Shown here piece by piece: positions 26,237 to 35,119 of a stretch of 64,000 nt of DNA. Positions within the stretch are counted from its first letter, which is position 1; every line of letters begins with the position of its first letter. Made by a program: the position numbers and the translations under genes. The notes under the pieces are model-generated. The model had not been told where the DNA came from, made no database searches, and saw only the letters and a list, made by a program, of their open reading frames with translations. Location of the stretch: the NCBI GenBank assembly GCA_002778705.1, contig PFAM01000004.1:20109-84108 (forward strand). The letters are read 5' to 3'. This DNA is from Candidatus Falkowbacteria bacterium CG10_big_fil_rev_8_21_14_0_10_37_14. Its GTDB lineage: Bacteria > Patescibacteriota > Patescibacteriia > Patescibacteriales > Patescibacteriaceae.

Positions 26237-27277
26237 TTATTTTTTCAAACTTTTTAATATTTTATCAACTTCGGTAAAAACCACCTTATTACCCTGGCGT
26301 GGATAACTAGCCAGCTTCTTTTCAAAAATAGGTAGTTTCTTTTCAAAATCTTTTATTTTAGCGACTGTTAGCTCTTTAGCCCAATCGCCATAACCGCTTT
26401 TACCAAGCTGATAGGCATTTAGAACTTGCTCAAATTGTAATTTAGCTGGTATAGCCAAATAAGGTTTACCTAAATACAAAGATTCACTAATTAAAGAAAA
26501 ACCGGCATTAGCCACAATAGCCTTAGCCCCAGATAAATCACGCAAAAAGTTTTTTTGATCATAAAGACGATAACTAATCAAACCCTCGTCTATTTTTTTG
26601 TTTAAGCCATAAACTACAAATCTTTTTTTAGATTTTTTTAAAGCTCCGATAACATTATCAGCCGGAGAAGTGAAATAAACCAAAATATAATTATCTTGGC
26701 GAGGAACTAATTTTAAAACCTCTTGTCTAACAATTGGCGGTAAAATTGTGGTGCGATCCTCTGTAGCATTGGCCTTAAAAAAACTTAAAATCAAATAATT
26801 TCGGGACTTAAAAATCAAAAGTCTGGTAACAAGTTTAGCTACCAGTGCTTCAGCTTGGTAACGAAGCGGATAATCCGCATCGCTTCTGGTTAAAATGTGC
26901 TGATTATCTATAGACACCAGTGGTATTTTTCTTAAATTAGCCACAATACAGCTAAGTGGTTCAAAATCGGTGAACACGATATCTGGTTTAAAATTATCTA
27001 TAATTTTTTTAACCCTTTCTAAAGATCTGGCAGCCTCAGGAGTCTTCAAAAGATTATCGAACATGGTCTCTAAATAGTGAACCTGATTTTTTTTGTAAGT
27101 AAACTTGAGACCAAAAATTTTCTCTGTATCAAAAAATTGCGATAAAAAATCAAAGCCACGGTCATAAGAAATAACCTTAACTTGATGCTTCTTCGATATC
27201 AGATAACTAATAATTTCTTTGGAACGAGCTGCGTGTCCAAAACCCTCCCCCGAAACTCCGTATAAAATTTTTGACAT
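26237..27277 (-). CDS. GT-B glycosyltransferase (GT1/GT28, MJ1255-like)
   Basis: N-terminal YGVSGEGFGHAARSKEI glycine loop. C-terminal ...VANAGFSLISESLYLGKPYLAIP nucleotide-sugar binding region. Confidence 0.7.
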   Translation of the reverse strand: MSKILYGVSGEGFGHAARSKEIISYLISKKHQVKVISYDRGFDFLSQFFDTEKIFGLKFTYKKNQVHYLETMFDNLLKTPEAARSLERVKKIIDNFKPDIVFTDFEPLSCIVANLRKIPLVSIDNQHILTRSDADYPLRYQAEALVAKLVTRLLIFKSRNYLILSFFKANATEDRTTILPPIVRQEVLKLVPRQDNYILVYFTSPADNVIGALKKSKKRFVVYGLNKKIDEGLISYRLYDQKNFLRDLSGAKAIVANAGFSLISESLYLGKPYLAIPAKLQFEQVLNAYQLGKSGYGDWAKELTVAKIKDFEKKLPIFEKKLASYPRQGNKVVFTEVDKILKSLKK

Positions 27278-27279
27278 AC

Positions 27280-27684
27280 TTAAAGGGCTGACTTAAAAGC
27301 ATTAACCATTTTTTTAGCCTCCTCGCCCTTGTATTGTTTCTGTGGCCAAGCCTTTAACCCGTCATCCCCATATCTCGGAATGATGTGACAATGAAAATGA
27401 TCAACAACTTGCCCAGCTGTAGCTCCATTATTAATAATAATGTTATAGCCAGAAACTTTTAAAGATTTTTTCATGGCCATACCAAGTTTTTTAACAATTT
27501 GCATCACATAGCCTAAAAGTAAATCATCTACCTCTTCGATGCTCTCGACATGCTTTTTGACAACTAGTAAAATGTGTCCCAAGTTAACAGGAGCGATGTC
27601 TAAAAAAGCTAAGACATGATCATCTTCATACACTTTATCACAAAGTAATTCACCTTTAATGATTTTACAAAAAATACATTGCAT
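27280..27684 (-). CDS. HIT-family (histidine triad) nucleotide hydrolase
   Basis: CIFCKII start and VVDHFHCHIIPR triad. ATG 27684 is preferred over 27753, which lies inside a repeat element. Confidence 0.85.
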   Translation of the reverse strand: MQCIFCKIIKGELLCDKVYEDDHVLAFLDIAPVNLGHILLVVKKHVESIEEVDDLLLGYVMQIVKKLGMAMKKSLKVSGYNIIINNGATAGQVVDHFHCHIIPRYGDDGLKAWPQKQYKGEEAKKMVNAFKSAL

Positions 27685-27701
27685 ATATTTGAATACCATA
27701 T

Positions 27702-27836
27702 CAAAATCCAAATATCCAATGTCAAACCAAAGGGCCCAAAATCTAAATCTCAAATAAATAACAAAAAAATTGGTATTATTTTATCATTTGATTTTTAAGC
27801 ATTGATTGGAAATTGGAAATTAGAAAGTTGACATTT
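27702..27836. repeat. Dispersed intergenic repeat, copy A (TTGGAAATTGGAAAT / TTGACATTT family)
   Basis: About 135 bp, alignable by eye along its length with 32747-32885. Both fill a whole intergenic gap between minus-strand genes. Confidence 0.75.
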
Positions 27837-27841
27837 TATTA

Positions 27842-28039
27842 TCACTTTTCCTCTCCCCAAACTATTACTATTATACCACTGATTACACAAAAAATAAACC
27901 AAGCTGATAAATTCAAAATAGAAAGCACTGATCTAGGCGCAATTATCTCTAAAAATATAAAAATAAGCAGACCAACAAATAGTACTTTAAATAGGACTAC
28001 AACATATTCCAAAATTTCGGTACGAGTTATTTTGGCCAT
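27842..28039 (-). CDS. Small membrane protein
   Basis: 65-aa ORF with two hydrophobic helices. It overlaps the upstream gene by 13 nt. Confidence 0.4.
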   Translation of the reverse strand: MAKITRTEILEYVVVLFKVLFVGLLIFIFLEIIAPRSVLSILNLSAWFIFCVISGIIVIVWGEEK

Positions 28040-29415
28040 AGTTTTTTAATTAAATCTTTAAGTCCTGCCCCAGTGAACTCAGCTTTTATTTCACTGATTT
28101 GGGGTGGCGTTCCCTCCCCATTCCAAGACAACATCAATTCATAATTACCTTGATCCCGCAGGCTACTTTTTAAATCAAAATCGACTTCCACCACCCGGCT
28201 TTCAGCTTCAACTAAAGGTCGCTGATAATCGGCTATAATATACTTAATCCGTTGATCATTCATAATACTAGCATCCAACTGACGAACGACTGGTCCAACC
28301 AAGCCGTCAATCCAAAAAGTTAGACGACCATTTAAGCCAACTTTATAACCACCCTTACTTAAATTAAATCTGCAAACTGTTTTTTGACAATCGCCTTTAT
28401 AAACAAAATTTTGATAAATTTTATCAACCACTAAAGAGTCTTTATCTATAGAAAATTCTCCTAAAGACTCGGGCAAACCGGTGGACAAAGCTAGATGAGA
28501 GCCAGAGAGCCATAAGGTAGTACCACGAGTTATTTGCACTGAACTTAGAAAGGCTAGTTTTTGTTGCTGAGTAGCTAATTCATCAATAATAGTTTTATCT
28601 CCACCGATCCAATCCCAACGATACAAACCTTCTGGTAGCTTGTCGATGCGAGCTGCTAATTTCAAAGAGTTGTCAATCTTTACAAAATCATTCAAAGTGT
28701 ATTCTTTAACTAGCTTGCCGTCAGAAGAACGCAATGACAACTTAATCTGAGCATCTACAGTCGAGGCTTTAGTGGTTAAATCTAAAACAGCTACTTCGTT
28801 TTTGAGATATGTTTCAGCTGTCCAAGAACCTTTCAGGCCTGAGATTTTATGCCAATCGGTTTTAGCTTGATAGTTCTTAATAAAAAAAGGTTTAGTCCAC
28901 TCATAATTGTAAACAGCCACACTACCCTCTGTTGGTGGGTTGGCTAAAAAATCTTCGACACTTGAATAATGTTCCTCGCGTTGCAATAACAATAAAGATT
29001 CTTTTTCTAAAACACCCCAAATCTTACTGGAAATTAATTCTGACAACCAACGATTGTCTATATTTCTTGTTTCATAACGCCAGAGCTGGCGATCTTGTAA
29101 AACACCAACAGCTAATGAGCCGGCATCGTTTAAGCGATAGCGAATTGTTAAATGTAATTTATTAAAAGGCCTGGAAGCAAAGATTGGAACATACACAGGA
29201 GAGCCAATTAATTGATAACCGTCGGTAGTTAACGAACTAATTCTTTCGAGTGGACGCCAAGTGCCAAAACGCTGGTGTGTATCAAAGGGTCGCCAAATAT
29301 AAACAGCTCGCCCGAGCGGTACAACCAAACTCCAAAGAATAACAACAATCAAAGTGGCTAATAACCACCATAAAATAAGGGTATAGGTTTTGAGATATTT
29401 ATTCAGCATTACCAT
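28027..29415 (-). CDS. Membrane-anchored hypothetical protein (glycan cluster)
   Basis: 462-aa ORF with one N-terminal helix (LILWWLLATLIVVILWSLVV). No family recognised. Confidence 0.55.
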   Translation of the reverse strand: MVMLNKYLKTYTLILWWLLATLIVVILWSLVVPLGRAVYIWRPFDTHQRFGTWRPLERISSLTTDGYQLIGSPVYVPIFASRPFNKLHLTIRYRLNDAGSLAVGVLQDRQLWRYETRNIDNRWLSELISSKIWGVLEKESLLLLQREEHYSSVEDFLANPPTEGSVAVYNYEWTKPFFIKNYQAKTDWHKISGLKGSWTAETYLKNEVAVLDLTTKASTVDAQIKLSLRSSDGKLVKEYTLNDFVKIDNSLKLAARIDKLPEGLYRWDWIGGDKTIIDELATQQQKLAFLSSVQITRGTTLWLSGSHLALSTGLPESLGEFSIDKDSLVVDKIYQNFVYKGDCQKTVCRFNLSKGGYKVGLNGRLTFWIDGLVGPVVRQLDASIMNDQRIKYIIADYQRPLVEAESRVVEVDFDLKSSLRDQGNYELMLSWNGEGTPPQISEIKAEFTGAGLKDLIKKLWPK

Positions 29416-29511
29416 ACTTTAACCACTGTTTTGTCGTTTTGTCAATGTAACTCCCCTGGACTTTTTACTAAAAAAATGCTACCGTATTATCAATTAACCT
29501 AATATAAACTT

Positions 29512-30804
29512 ATGACCCTGACACTTATTAAAAATATGGCCGAGAAAATCGGACAAGAAATCACTATAGCAGGTTGGGTCTATAATTTCCGATCTTCAGG
29601 CAAAATTATGTTCTGGCAAATTCGTGACGGTTCGGGTTTTACGCAAGCTATTTTATCCGCTACCGATTTAAAAGAAGAGCAATGGAAACTAGCAGAAAGC
29701 ATTACTATGGAAAGCTCGGTACAAATTACAGGTCAAGTCACTAAACATCCAAAAAAAGAAGAATACGAATTAGCTGTTAAAGATTTTAAAATCTTCCAAA
29801 TTGCTGAAGATTATCCAATAGCCAAAAAGGATCATGGTATTGACTTCTTAATGGATAATCGTCATTTATGGTTGCGTTCTCCTAGTCAATGGGCAATTCA
29901 ACGTATTCGCAACACTTTGATTTTAGCAACTTATGATTGGTTTCGAAATAACGATTTTATAAAAATTGATTCCCCTGTCTTAACCCCCTCAGCTGGAGAA
30001 AACACCACTGAATTATTTAAAGTGAAGTATTTTGACACTGAAGCTTATCTGTCACAAACAGGACAATTATATCTTGAGGCAGCCATTGCGGCTCATGGAC
30101 GAGTCTTTGATTTTGGCCCAACCTTCCGAGCCGAAAAGTCTAAAACCAGACGACACTTAACCGAGTTTTGGATGATGGACGCCGAGATGGCCTTTACAGA
30201 CCTGACCGGTAATTTGGCCATTCAAGAGTCTTTAATTAAGTTTATGATTAAAGCGGTCTTAGAAAAAAATGTGGCCGAACTGGCAATTTTAGAACGCAAT
30301 GTTACTGTTTTACAATCTAGTTTAGAAAAACCTTTCTATCGCCTAACACATAAACAAGCGGTAGCTAAATTACAAGAACTAGGCTCTGATATTAAAGATA
30401 ATGAAGATTTGGGCGGAGACGATGAAACCTTATTAACCAAGATTTATGACGCCCCTATTTTTGTTACTAATTACCCAGCCGCTATCAAAGCTTTTTATAT
30501 GAAGCGTAACGCTGAAGATCCAACTCGTGCCGAATGTGCTGATTTACTAGCTCCTGAAGGTTACGGAGAAATTATTGGTGGTTCTCAAAGAGAGGAAAAC
30601 TATGACACCCTAAGAAAAAGAATTATTGAATTCGGCTTAAAACCAGAAGATTATGATTGGTATCTAAATTTGCGTAAATATGGTTCAGTGCCACATGGTG
30701 GTTTTGGTTTCGGCTTAGAACGTATTGTAACTTGGGTTTGCGGATTAAGTCATGTGCGTGAATCTATTCCTTTTGCCAGAACTATTTATAGACTAAAGCC
30801 ATAA
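29512..30804 (+). CDS. asnS: Asparaginyl-tRNA synthetase
   Basis: OB-fold N-terminus, FRAEKSKTRRHLTEFWMMDAE (motif 2) and GGFGFGLERIV (motif 3). 430 aa. Confidence 0.9.
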   Translation: MTLTLIKNMAEKIGQEITIAGWVYNFRSSGKIMFWQIRDGSGFTQAILSATDLKEEQWKLAESITMESSVQITGQVTKHPKKEEYELAVKDFKIFQIAEDYPIAKKDHGIDFLMDNRHLWLRSPSQWAIQRIRNTLILATYDWFRNNDFIKIDSPVLTPSAGENTTELFKVKYFDTEAYLSQTGQLYLEAAIAAHGRVFDFGPTFRAEKSKTRRHLTEFWMMDAEMAFTDLTGNLAIQESLIKFMIKAVLEKNVAELAILERNVTVLQSSLEKPFYRLTHKQAVAKLQELGSDIKDNEDLGGDDETLLTKIYDAPIFVTNYPAAIKAFYMKRNAEDPTRAECADLLAPEGYGEIIGGSQREENYDTLRKRIIEFGLKPEDYDWYLNLRKYGSVPHGGFGFGLERIVTWVCGLSHVRESIPFARTIYRLKP

Positions 30805-30837
30805 CCCCCTGCTCTTAACTTTTTCTTTTTGATTAAA

Positions 30838-30871
30838 AAAATACAGTTTCTTTTTTAGAACTGTATTTTTT
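30838..30871 (+). terminator. Rho-independent (probably bidirectional) terminator
   Basis: aaaaaaatacagtt-tcttttttag-aactgtattttttatt, between convergent genes. Confidence 0.65.
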
Positions 30872-30893
30872 ATTATTTAAAATCGACTATATA

Positions 30894-31097
30894 TTACGAT
30901 GCAAAGGCATACATAAAAAAGGCAAAGACTTGAGAATAGACACCGACAGCAAAAGTAACCATAACAAAACTATCAGCCATTTCACCCCATTTGGGGTGAT
31001 TAGAATCTAGCGGTGTGGGCTCTTCAATGATAGGTTCGTCGTTACGACAACTACCACCGGTACAAGCTAAAGCTGGGTTACAATTTTTTTTAGACAT
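30894..31097 (-). CDS. Small Cys-containing protein with a C-terminal hydrophobic helix
   Basis: 67-aa ORF: NCNPALACTGGSC, then ...FVMVTFAVGVYSQVFAFFMYAFAS. Confidence 0.4.
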   Translation of the reverse strand: MSKKNCNPALACTGGSCRNDEPIIEEPTPLDSNHPKWGEMADSFVMVTFAVGVYSQVFAFFMYAFAS

Positions 31098-31241
31098 ATT
31101 TTTATTTTTATTTTTAACGCAGACTAATATCTACGCTACCTCAAAAAAGAGGATTTTTATTAAATTTAGTTTAGTTGATTAGTTTTCCGCTTGTTAGCTT
31201 TAAAAGCTATAAATTATTAAAGTCGGAACTAATAACGAAAC

Positions 31242-31424
31242 TTATATTTTTAAAGAATAATAAATAGTGCTTAAAATAACCGAACCAAATAGAACAATTA
31301 AAAAAGCAATGGCCAAAGAGAAAACGAGGTTTAACACGCTTAACTCACCAGCCACTGCTTTCTTGGTTTTGTCTTGGGATTTCCAAGCAAAAACAAAAGG
31401 ATTAATTTGATTAATAGTATTCAT
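31242..31424 (-). CDS. Small membrane protein
   Basis: 60 aa from ATG 31424 (MNTINQ...), with a C-terminal helix. The track start 31502 lies upstream of the predicted promoter. Confidence 0.4.
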   Translation of the reverse strand: MNTINQINPFVFAWKSQDKTKKAVAGELSVLNLVFSLAIAFLIVLFGSVILSTIYYSLKI

Positions 31425-31492
31425 ATTTTTATTTTTGTTTTTGTTTTCGTCCCTTTTGGCGGGAGTGGCCTTTTCAAACTTTCTATATCTAC

Positions 31493-31521
31493 AGTATAGC
31501 AAATTTTAAGTATTCCGTCAA
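31493..31521 (-). promoter_or_regulatory. Candidate promoter TTGACG-N17-TATACT
   Basis: Minus strand reads TTGACGGAATACTTAAAATTTGCTATACT. Confidence 0.45.
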
Positions 31522-31534
31522 CTGTGGATAACTT

Positions 31535-31576
31535 GGGGAAATGTCAAATATCCAATTTCCAATGACAAATCAATAG
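31535..31576. repeat. Repeat-family arm flanking the four-helix-bundle cassette (downstream side)
   Basis: ggggaaatgtcaaatatccaatttccaatgacaaatcaatag. It shares AAATATCCAAT and GTCAAA blocks with the left arms of copies A and B. Confidence 0.6.
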
Positions 31577-31582
31577 AAAACA

Positions 31583-31932
31583 CTAAGAAATATTAGTTCT
31601 ATTTATTATACTAGAGAATATCAAAGTTAATTCGTGAGCTTCTTGCCATAATTTTCTACATTCTTCAATCTTTTCAGCGTTAGTCCGAGCCGACATTCTT
31701 AACCAATAGGTTGTTTCTTTTGATTCTTTTTTGGAAATTCCTATTTTGTGTTTAAAATCTTTTTTAGATTCAGCGCAATCTGCCTCCATATAATTAGCTC
31801 CGATACTGGTTACCGATCTTATTAATTGACTAATAATTGATCTATTAATATTAGATTCTGGAACGGTTTTTACAAAATCTATAATCGCCTCACCAAAAGC
31901 TTCAGTCCTTAAACATAAATCGTATTTGACAT
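31583..31932 (-). pseudogene. Four-helix-bundle protein gene (23S rRNA IVS-protein family), frameshifted just after the start
   Basis: Body reads KYDLCLRTEAFGEAIIDFVKTVPESNINRSIISQLIRSVTSIGANYMEADCAESKKDFKHKIGISKKESKETTYWLRM...WQEAHELTLIFSSII. The only ATG (31930-31932, ATG TCA AAT ACG...) is in another frame. One extra A would restore MSKYDL.... Confidence 0.7.
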
Positions 31933-31965
31933 TTGAATTTGGAACTTGATTGGAAATTGGATATT
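31923..31965. repeat. Repeat-family arm flanking the four-helix-bundle cassette (upstream side)
   Basis: tatttgacatttgaatttggaacttgattggaaattggatatt. It shares CTTGATTGGAAATTGGA with the right arms of copies A and B. Confidence 0.6.
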
Positions 31966-31968
31966 GTA

Positions 31969-32340
31969 TTACTGCCCTAATACTTTTTTTACTTCAGCGG
32001 ATAGTTGGCTAGGTGTCATACTGGATTTTACAAAATAACCATTAGCCCCCTCTTTAACACCACGATCAATTTCTCCAGTTTGCCCCAGATTAGACAGCAA
32101 ATAAACTTTTAGTTTAGCTGTGGCAGCATCAGCTCGTAAATGTTTTAAGGTTTCATAACCATCCATTTTAGGCATCACTAAATCTAAAAGTACTATATCA
32201 GGTTTAGATTCAGCTATCACCTTTAAGGCTTCTACGCCATTAGAGGCAGTGTAAACTTCATAACCATCAGCTGTAAATTTCATTTTATACATCTCAAGCA
32301 AAAATTGCTCATCCTCTACGAGGACAATCTTAATAGCCAT
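31969..32340 (-). CDS. Single-domain response regulator (receiver only)
   Basis: MAIKIVLVEDEQ..., DIVLLDLVMPKMDGYE, and a conserved Lys region KVYLLSNLG. No output domain. Confidence 0.85.
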   Translation of the reverse strand: MAIKIVLVEDEQFLLEMYKMKFTADGYEVYTASNGVEALKVIAESKPDIVLLDLVMPKMDGYETLKHLRADAATAKLKVYLLSNLGQTGEIDRGVKEGANGYFVKSSMTPSQLSAEVKKVLGQ

Positions 32341-32728
32341 ACATTTTTTTAGCCTCACGGCCACTTAAAATATTGTCAACTTTTTCCAATAATTGTTTGG
32401 GTGATAAAGACGCTTTAGTAAAATAATAGTCAGCACCGTGCGATAAGCCCTCACGCACATCAGACGGCTGGTCTAAATTACTTAAAAAACAAATCAAGGT
32501 GTTTTTATAATTTTTTGTAGCACGCAAAGTTTTTAAGACAGTTAAGCCATCCATTTTCGGCATAACGATATCTAACAAGACTAAGTCTGGTCGATGTTCG
32601 CGAATTAATTTTAAGCCGATTTCACCATCACGCGCTACAAAGACTTCAAAACCGCCCAACTCCAATTGAAGGCGATACATATTAGCCAACGACGGCTCAT
32701 CTTCAACTATTAATAATTTTTTGCTCAT
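32330..32728 (-). CDS. Single-domain response regulator (receiver only)
   Basis: MSKKLLIVEDEP..., DLVLLDIVMPKMDG. It overlaps the downstream receiver gene by 11 nt. ATG 32728 is the preferred start. Confidence 0.85.
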   Translation of the reverse strand: MSKKLLIVEDEPSLANMYRLQLELGGFEVFVARDGEIGLKLIREHRPDLVLLDIVMPKMDGLTVLKTLRATKNYKNTLICFLSNLDQPSDVREGLSHGADYYFTKASLSPKQLLEKVDNILSGREAKKMYGY

Positions 32729-32746
32729 ACTATAGGATAATAATTT

Positions 32747-32885
32747 CAAAATCCAAATTTCTAATGCCAAATCAATGGGGGCCAAAATCCTAATTTCAAA
32801 TGCATACCAAGATTATTTGGTGTTATTTTTTGTCATTTGATTTTTAAGTATTGATTGGAAATTGGGAATTGGAAATTTGACATTT
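32747..32885. repeat. Dispersed intergenic repeat, copy B
   Basis: caaaatccaaatttctaatgccaaatcaatgggggccaaaatcc...tcatttgatttttaagtattgattggaaattgggaattggaaatttgacatttt, colinear with copy A. Confidence 0.75.
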
Positions 32886-32886
32886 T

Positions 32887-35043
32887 CTAAGTGTTCTTGG
32901 CTATCGGTATTTCAAAGATAAAGGTTGAACCCTTGCCGTCCCCGGCTGACTCCGCCCAGATCTTACCATTATGCGCCTCAATCATCATTTTGCCAACATA
33001 CAGCCCTAGACCTGTACCTTCGGTGTGAATTAAAGACACATCCTGGCCACGACTAAACTTTTGAAACAGGTGTGGCATATCCTCTTTGCTGATGCCCATA
33101 CCGGTGTCGGTCACACTATAACGCACCATATTTTTAAAGACCTCCAGCTTAATTTTTACCTCGCCTTGGTTAGTGTATTTAATAGCGTTGTCGGTGATAT
33201 TAATAACCACTTGGCGAATCTTATTTTTGTCGATTTTGACCGCCGGCAGATTGGCTTGTTTTTCATAGTTAACCACTAAGCCTTTTTTCTTGGCCACTTC
33301 TGATAATTCCTCAATCACGCTGTCAGTAACCGATTCCAAGCTCTCCACCACAAAATCAAATTTAAGACGGCCCGATTCAATGCGAGAGATATTCAATAAG
33401 TCTTCCACCAAAGCAATCAACCGTTCATTGGATTCATAAATCTTTTTGATATTTTCTTCAATCGGTGGTGTCATCTGACCAAAAGAACCCTCCATCATCA
33501 TAGAAGAATAGCCTTTGATAACCGTTAACGGGGTGCGTAATTGATGACTAGCAATGGAGATAAACTCAGACTTAGCCTCGTCTAAGCGTTTTAATTCTTC
33601 GTTGGCGGTTTGTAAATCTTTGGTGGCTAACTCCACTTCACGAGTTAACTTCAAATTGAAAGTACGAGTCTCTTCATACAGCCAAGAGTTTTCTAAAGAC
33701 ATGGCGACTTGCGTACCGACCACTGACAGCAATTCCACATCTTCATTATTATAAGCATCACCAGACTCTTTAGCACCCAGGGCGATGAAACCGACAATCT
33801 TACTTTTCAAAATCATGGGGACGATAACATCGACACCAAGTCGTTCACTATATTCTTTTAAAAAGCTACCTAAACCACCCACGGTTTTGTTTTTTAAGTC
33901 ATCTAGCAAAACCACATCGTTTTTGGCAAAATAATTATTCAAAATAATTTTGTTTATTTTTATATCCCCCTGCTTAAACTTGAAACCGTAATTAAACTTA
34001 ACATCAAAAACTTGTTGTTCGACACTGTAGTCTAAAATGGCCAAAGACTTAGGATGAAGTGCGGCTGTCAGATACTTTTCCACAGCCTGGCAGATGCGGT
34101 GCGGTTCTAAGGTGGAGGCTAATTCTTCGCTTAAATCGGAAATGACTTTTTTAGAATCATAAAGAGAGGTAAAAAAGTATTTGTTAGCGACGCGGAAAAA
34201 ATAATCATGGAGAGGAGGGAAGATGCCGAGGGCGACGACGATTAAAATAAAGTCGAACCAATAAGACAAACTGTTTACCACGAAACCGATGAGGTATTTA
34301 AGAGCAAAGACTAAGACGGTGGTGACGAACAATGAAGAAAGATAAACGATGGATTTGCGCAATACGAGCTTGATGTCCATGAGGTGATAAGATACTATCG
34401 AGTAACCGATTATAATGGTAAATATAAGCCCTGATATATAAGAGAAAGGATAAATATTAATACCGTATGCCGCTAAAAATCCCAACGGTCCCAAAAGTGC
34501 AAATTGTATAAAAGCTATTAACGCATATTTTATACGCTCTTTTTCAATGGACACATGTAACGACAAATAGTATCTAAATATGTAAATAAACCAAAGTGAT
34601 ATGTAAACAGAAAAATAAACTAAAAATACGTTATGAAACATCAATGCTTTTGAGTGGGCACCCCAGGAATAAACATACGCTACTCCTAAAAATAAATTTG
34701 TAGGTATTAAAGAGAAAAAAATTGATGAAATAAAATAACCAATCGCAATTATACTTTGAGTTTTTTTATTGTGTTGATTAACTAAAGTGAAACCAAAACT
34801 TAACATCGAAACAGGAATAAATACTACCCCGACATACACAATTCTGTCCCAAAATAAAATCAGATCTATATTACTTCTATTAAGAAACATCATGAAAGTT
34901 CCGAACATCCAAATTAAAACAAAAAAACAAAAAATAAGAAACGATGATTTACTTTTTGAATATTTAGCATATTTAAAAACAATTATTCCTAAAAAAAGAA
35001 CCAACACGGCACTTACTAACGGTAACAACGAAGATATTCCCAT
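32887..35043 (-). CDS. Sensor histidine kinase (polytopic N-terminal sensor, GAF-like domain, HisKA, HATPase_c)
   Basis: At least 7 hydrophobic helices. H-box FISIASHQLRTPLT. N/G boxes ITDNAIKYT, DTGMGI, GTGLGLYV. Confidence 0.85.
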   Translation of the reverse strand: MGISSLLPLVSAVLVLFLGIIVFKYAKYSKSKSSFLIFCFFVLIWMFGTFMMFLNRSNIDLILFWDRIVYVGVVFIPVSMLSFGFTLVNQHNKKTQSIIAIGYFISSIFFSLIPTNLFLGVAYVYSWGAHSKALMFHNVFLVYFSVYISLWFIYIFRYYLSLHVSIEKERIKYALIAFIQFALLGPLGFLAAYGINIYPFSYISGLIFTIIIGYSIVSYHLMDIKLVLRKSIVYLSSLFVTTVLVFALKYLIGFVVNSLSYWFDFILIVVALGIFPPLHDYFFRVANKYFFTSLYDSKKVISDLSEELASTLEPHRICQAVEKYLTAALHPKSLAILDYSVEQQVFDVKFNYGFKFKQGDIKINKIILNNYFAKNDVVLLDDLKNKTVGGLGSFLKEYSERLGVDVIVPMILKSKIVGFIALGAKESGDAYNNEDVELLSVVGTQVAMSLENSWLYEETRTFNLKLTREVELATKDLQTANEELKRLDEAKSEFISIASHQLRTPLTVIKGYSSMMMEGSFGQMTPPIEENIKKIYESNERLIALVEDLLNISRIESGRLKFDFVVESLESVTDSVIEELSEVAKKKGLVVNYEKQANLPAVKIDKNKIRQVVINITDNAIKYTNQGEVKIKLEVFKNMVRYSVTDTGMGISKEDMPHLFQKFSRGQDVSLIHTEGTGLGLYVGKMMIEAHNGKIWAESAGDGKGSTFIFEIPIAKNT

Positions 35044-35082
35044 AGTTTTATATTTTCTATATCATATCATATAATACAATAT

Positions 35083-35108
35083 AAAAAAAGGGAGTGCAGT
35101 GCACTCCC
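35083..35108 (-). terminator. Rho-independent terminator after the AAR-like gene
   Basis: Minus strand reads GGGAGUGCACUGCACUCCC followed by UUUUUUU. Confidence 0.7.
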
Positions 35109-35119
35109 TGATATACCAT

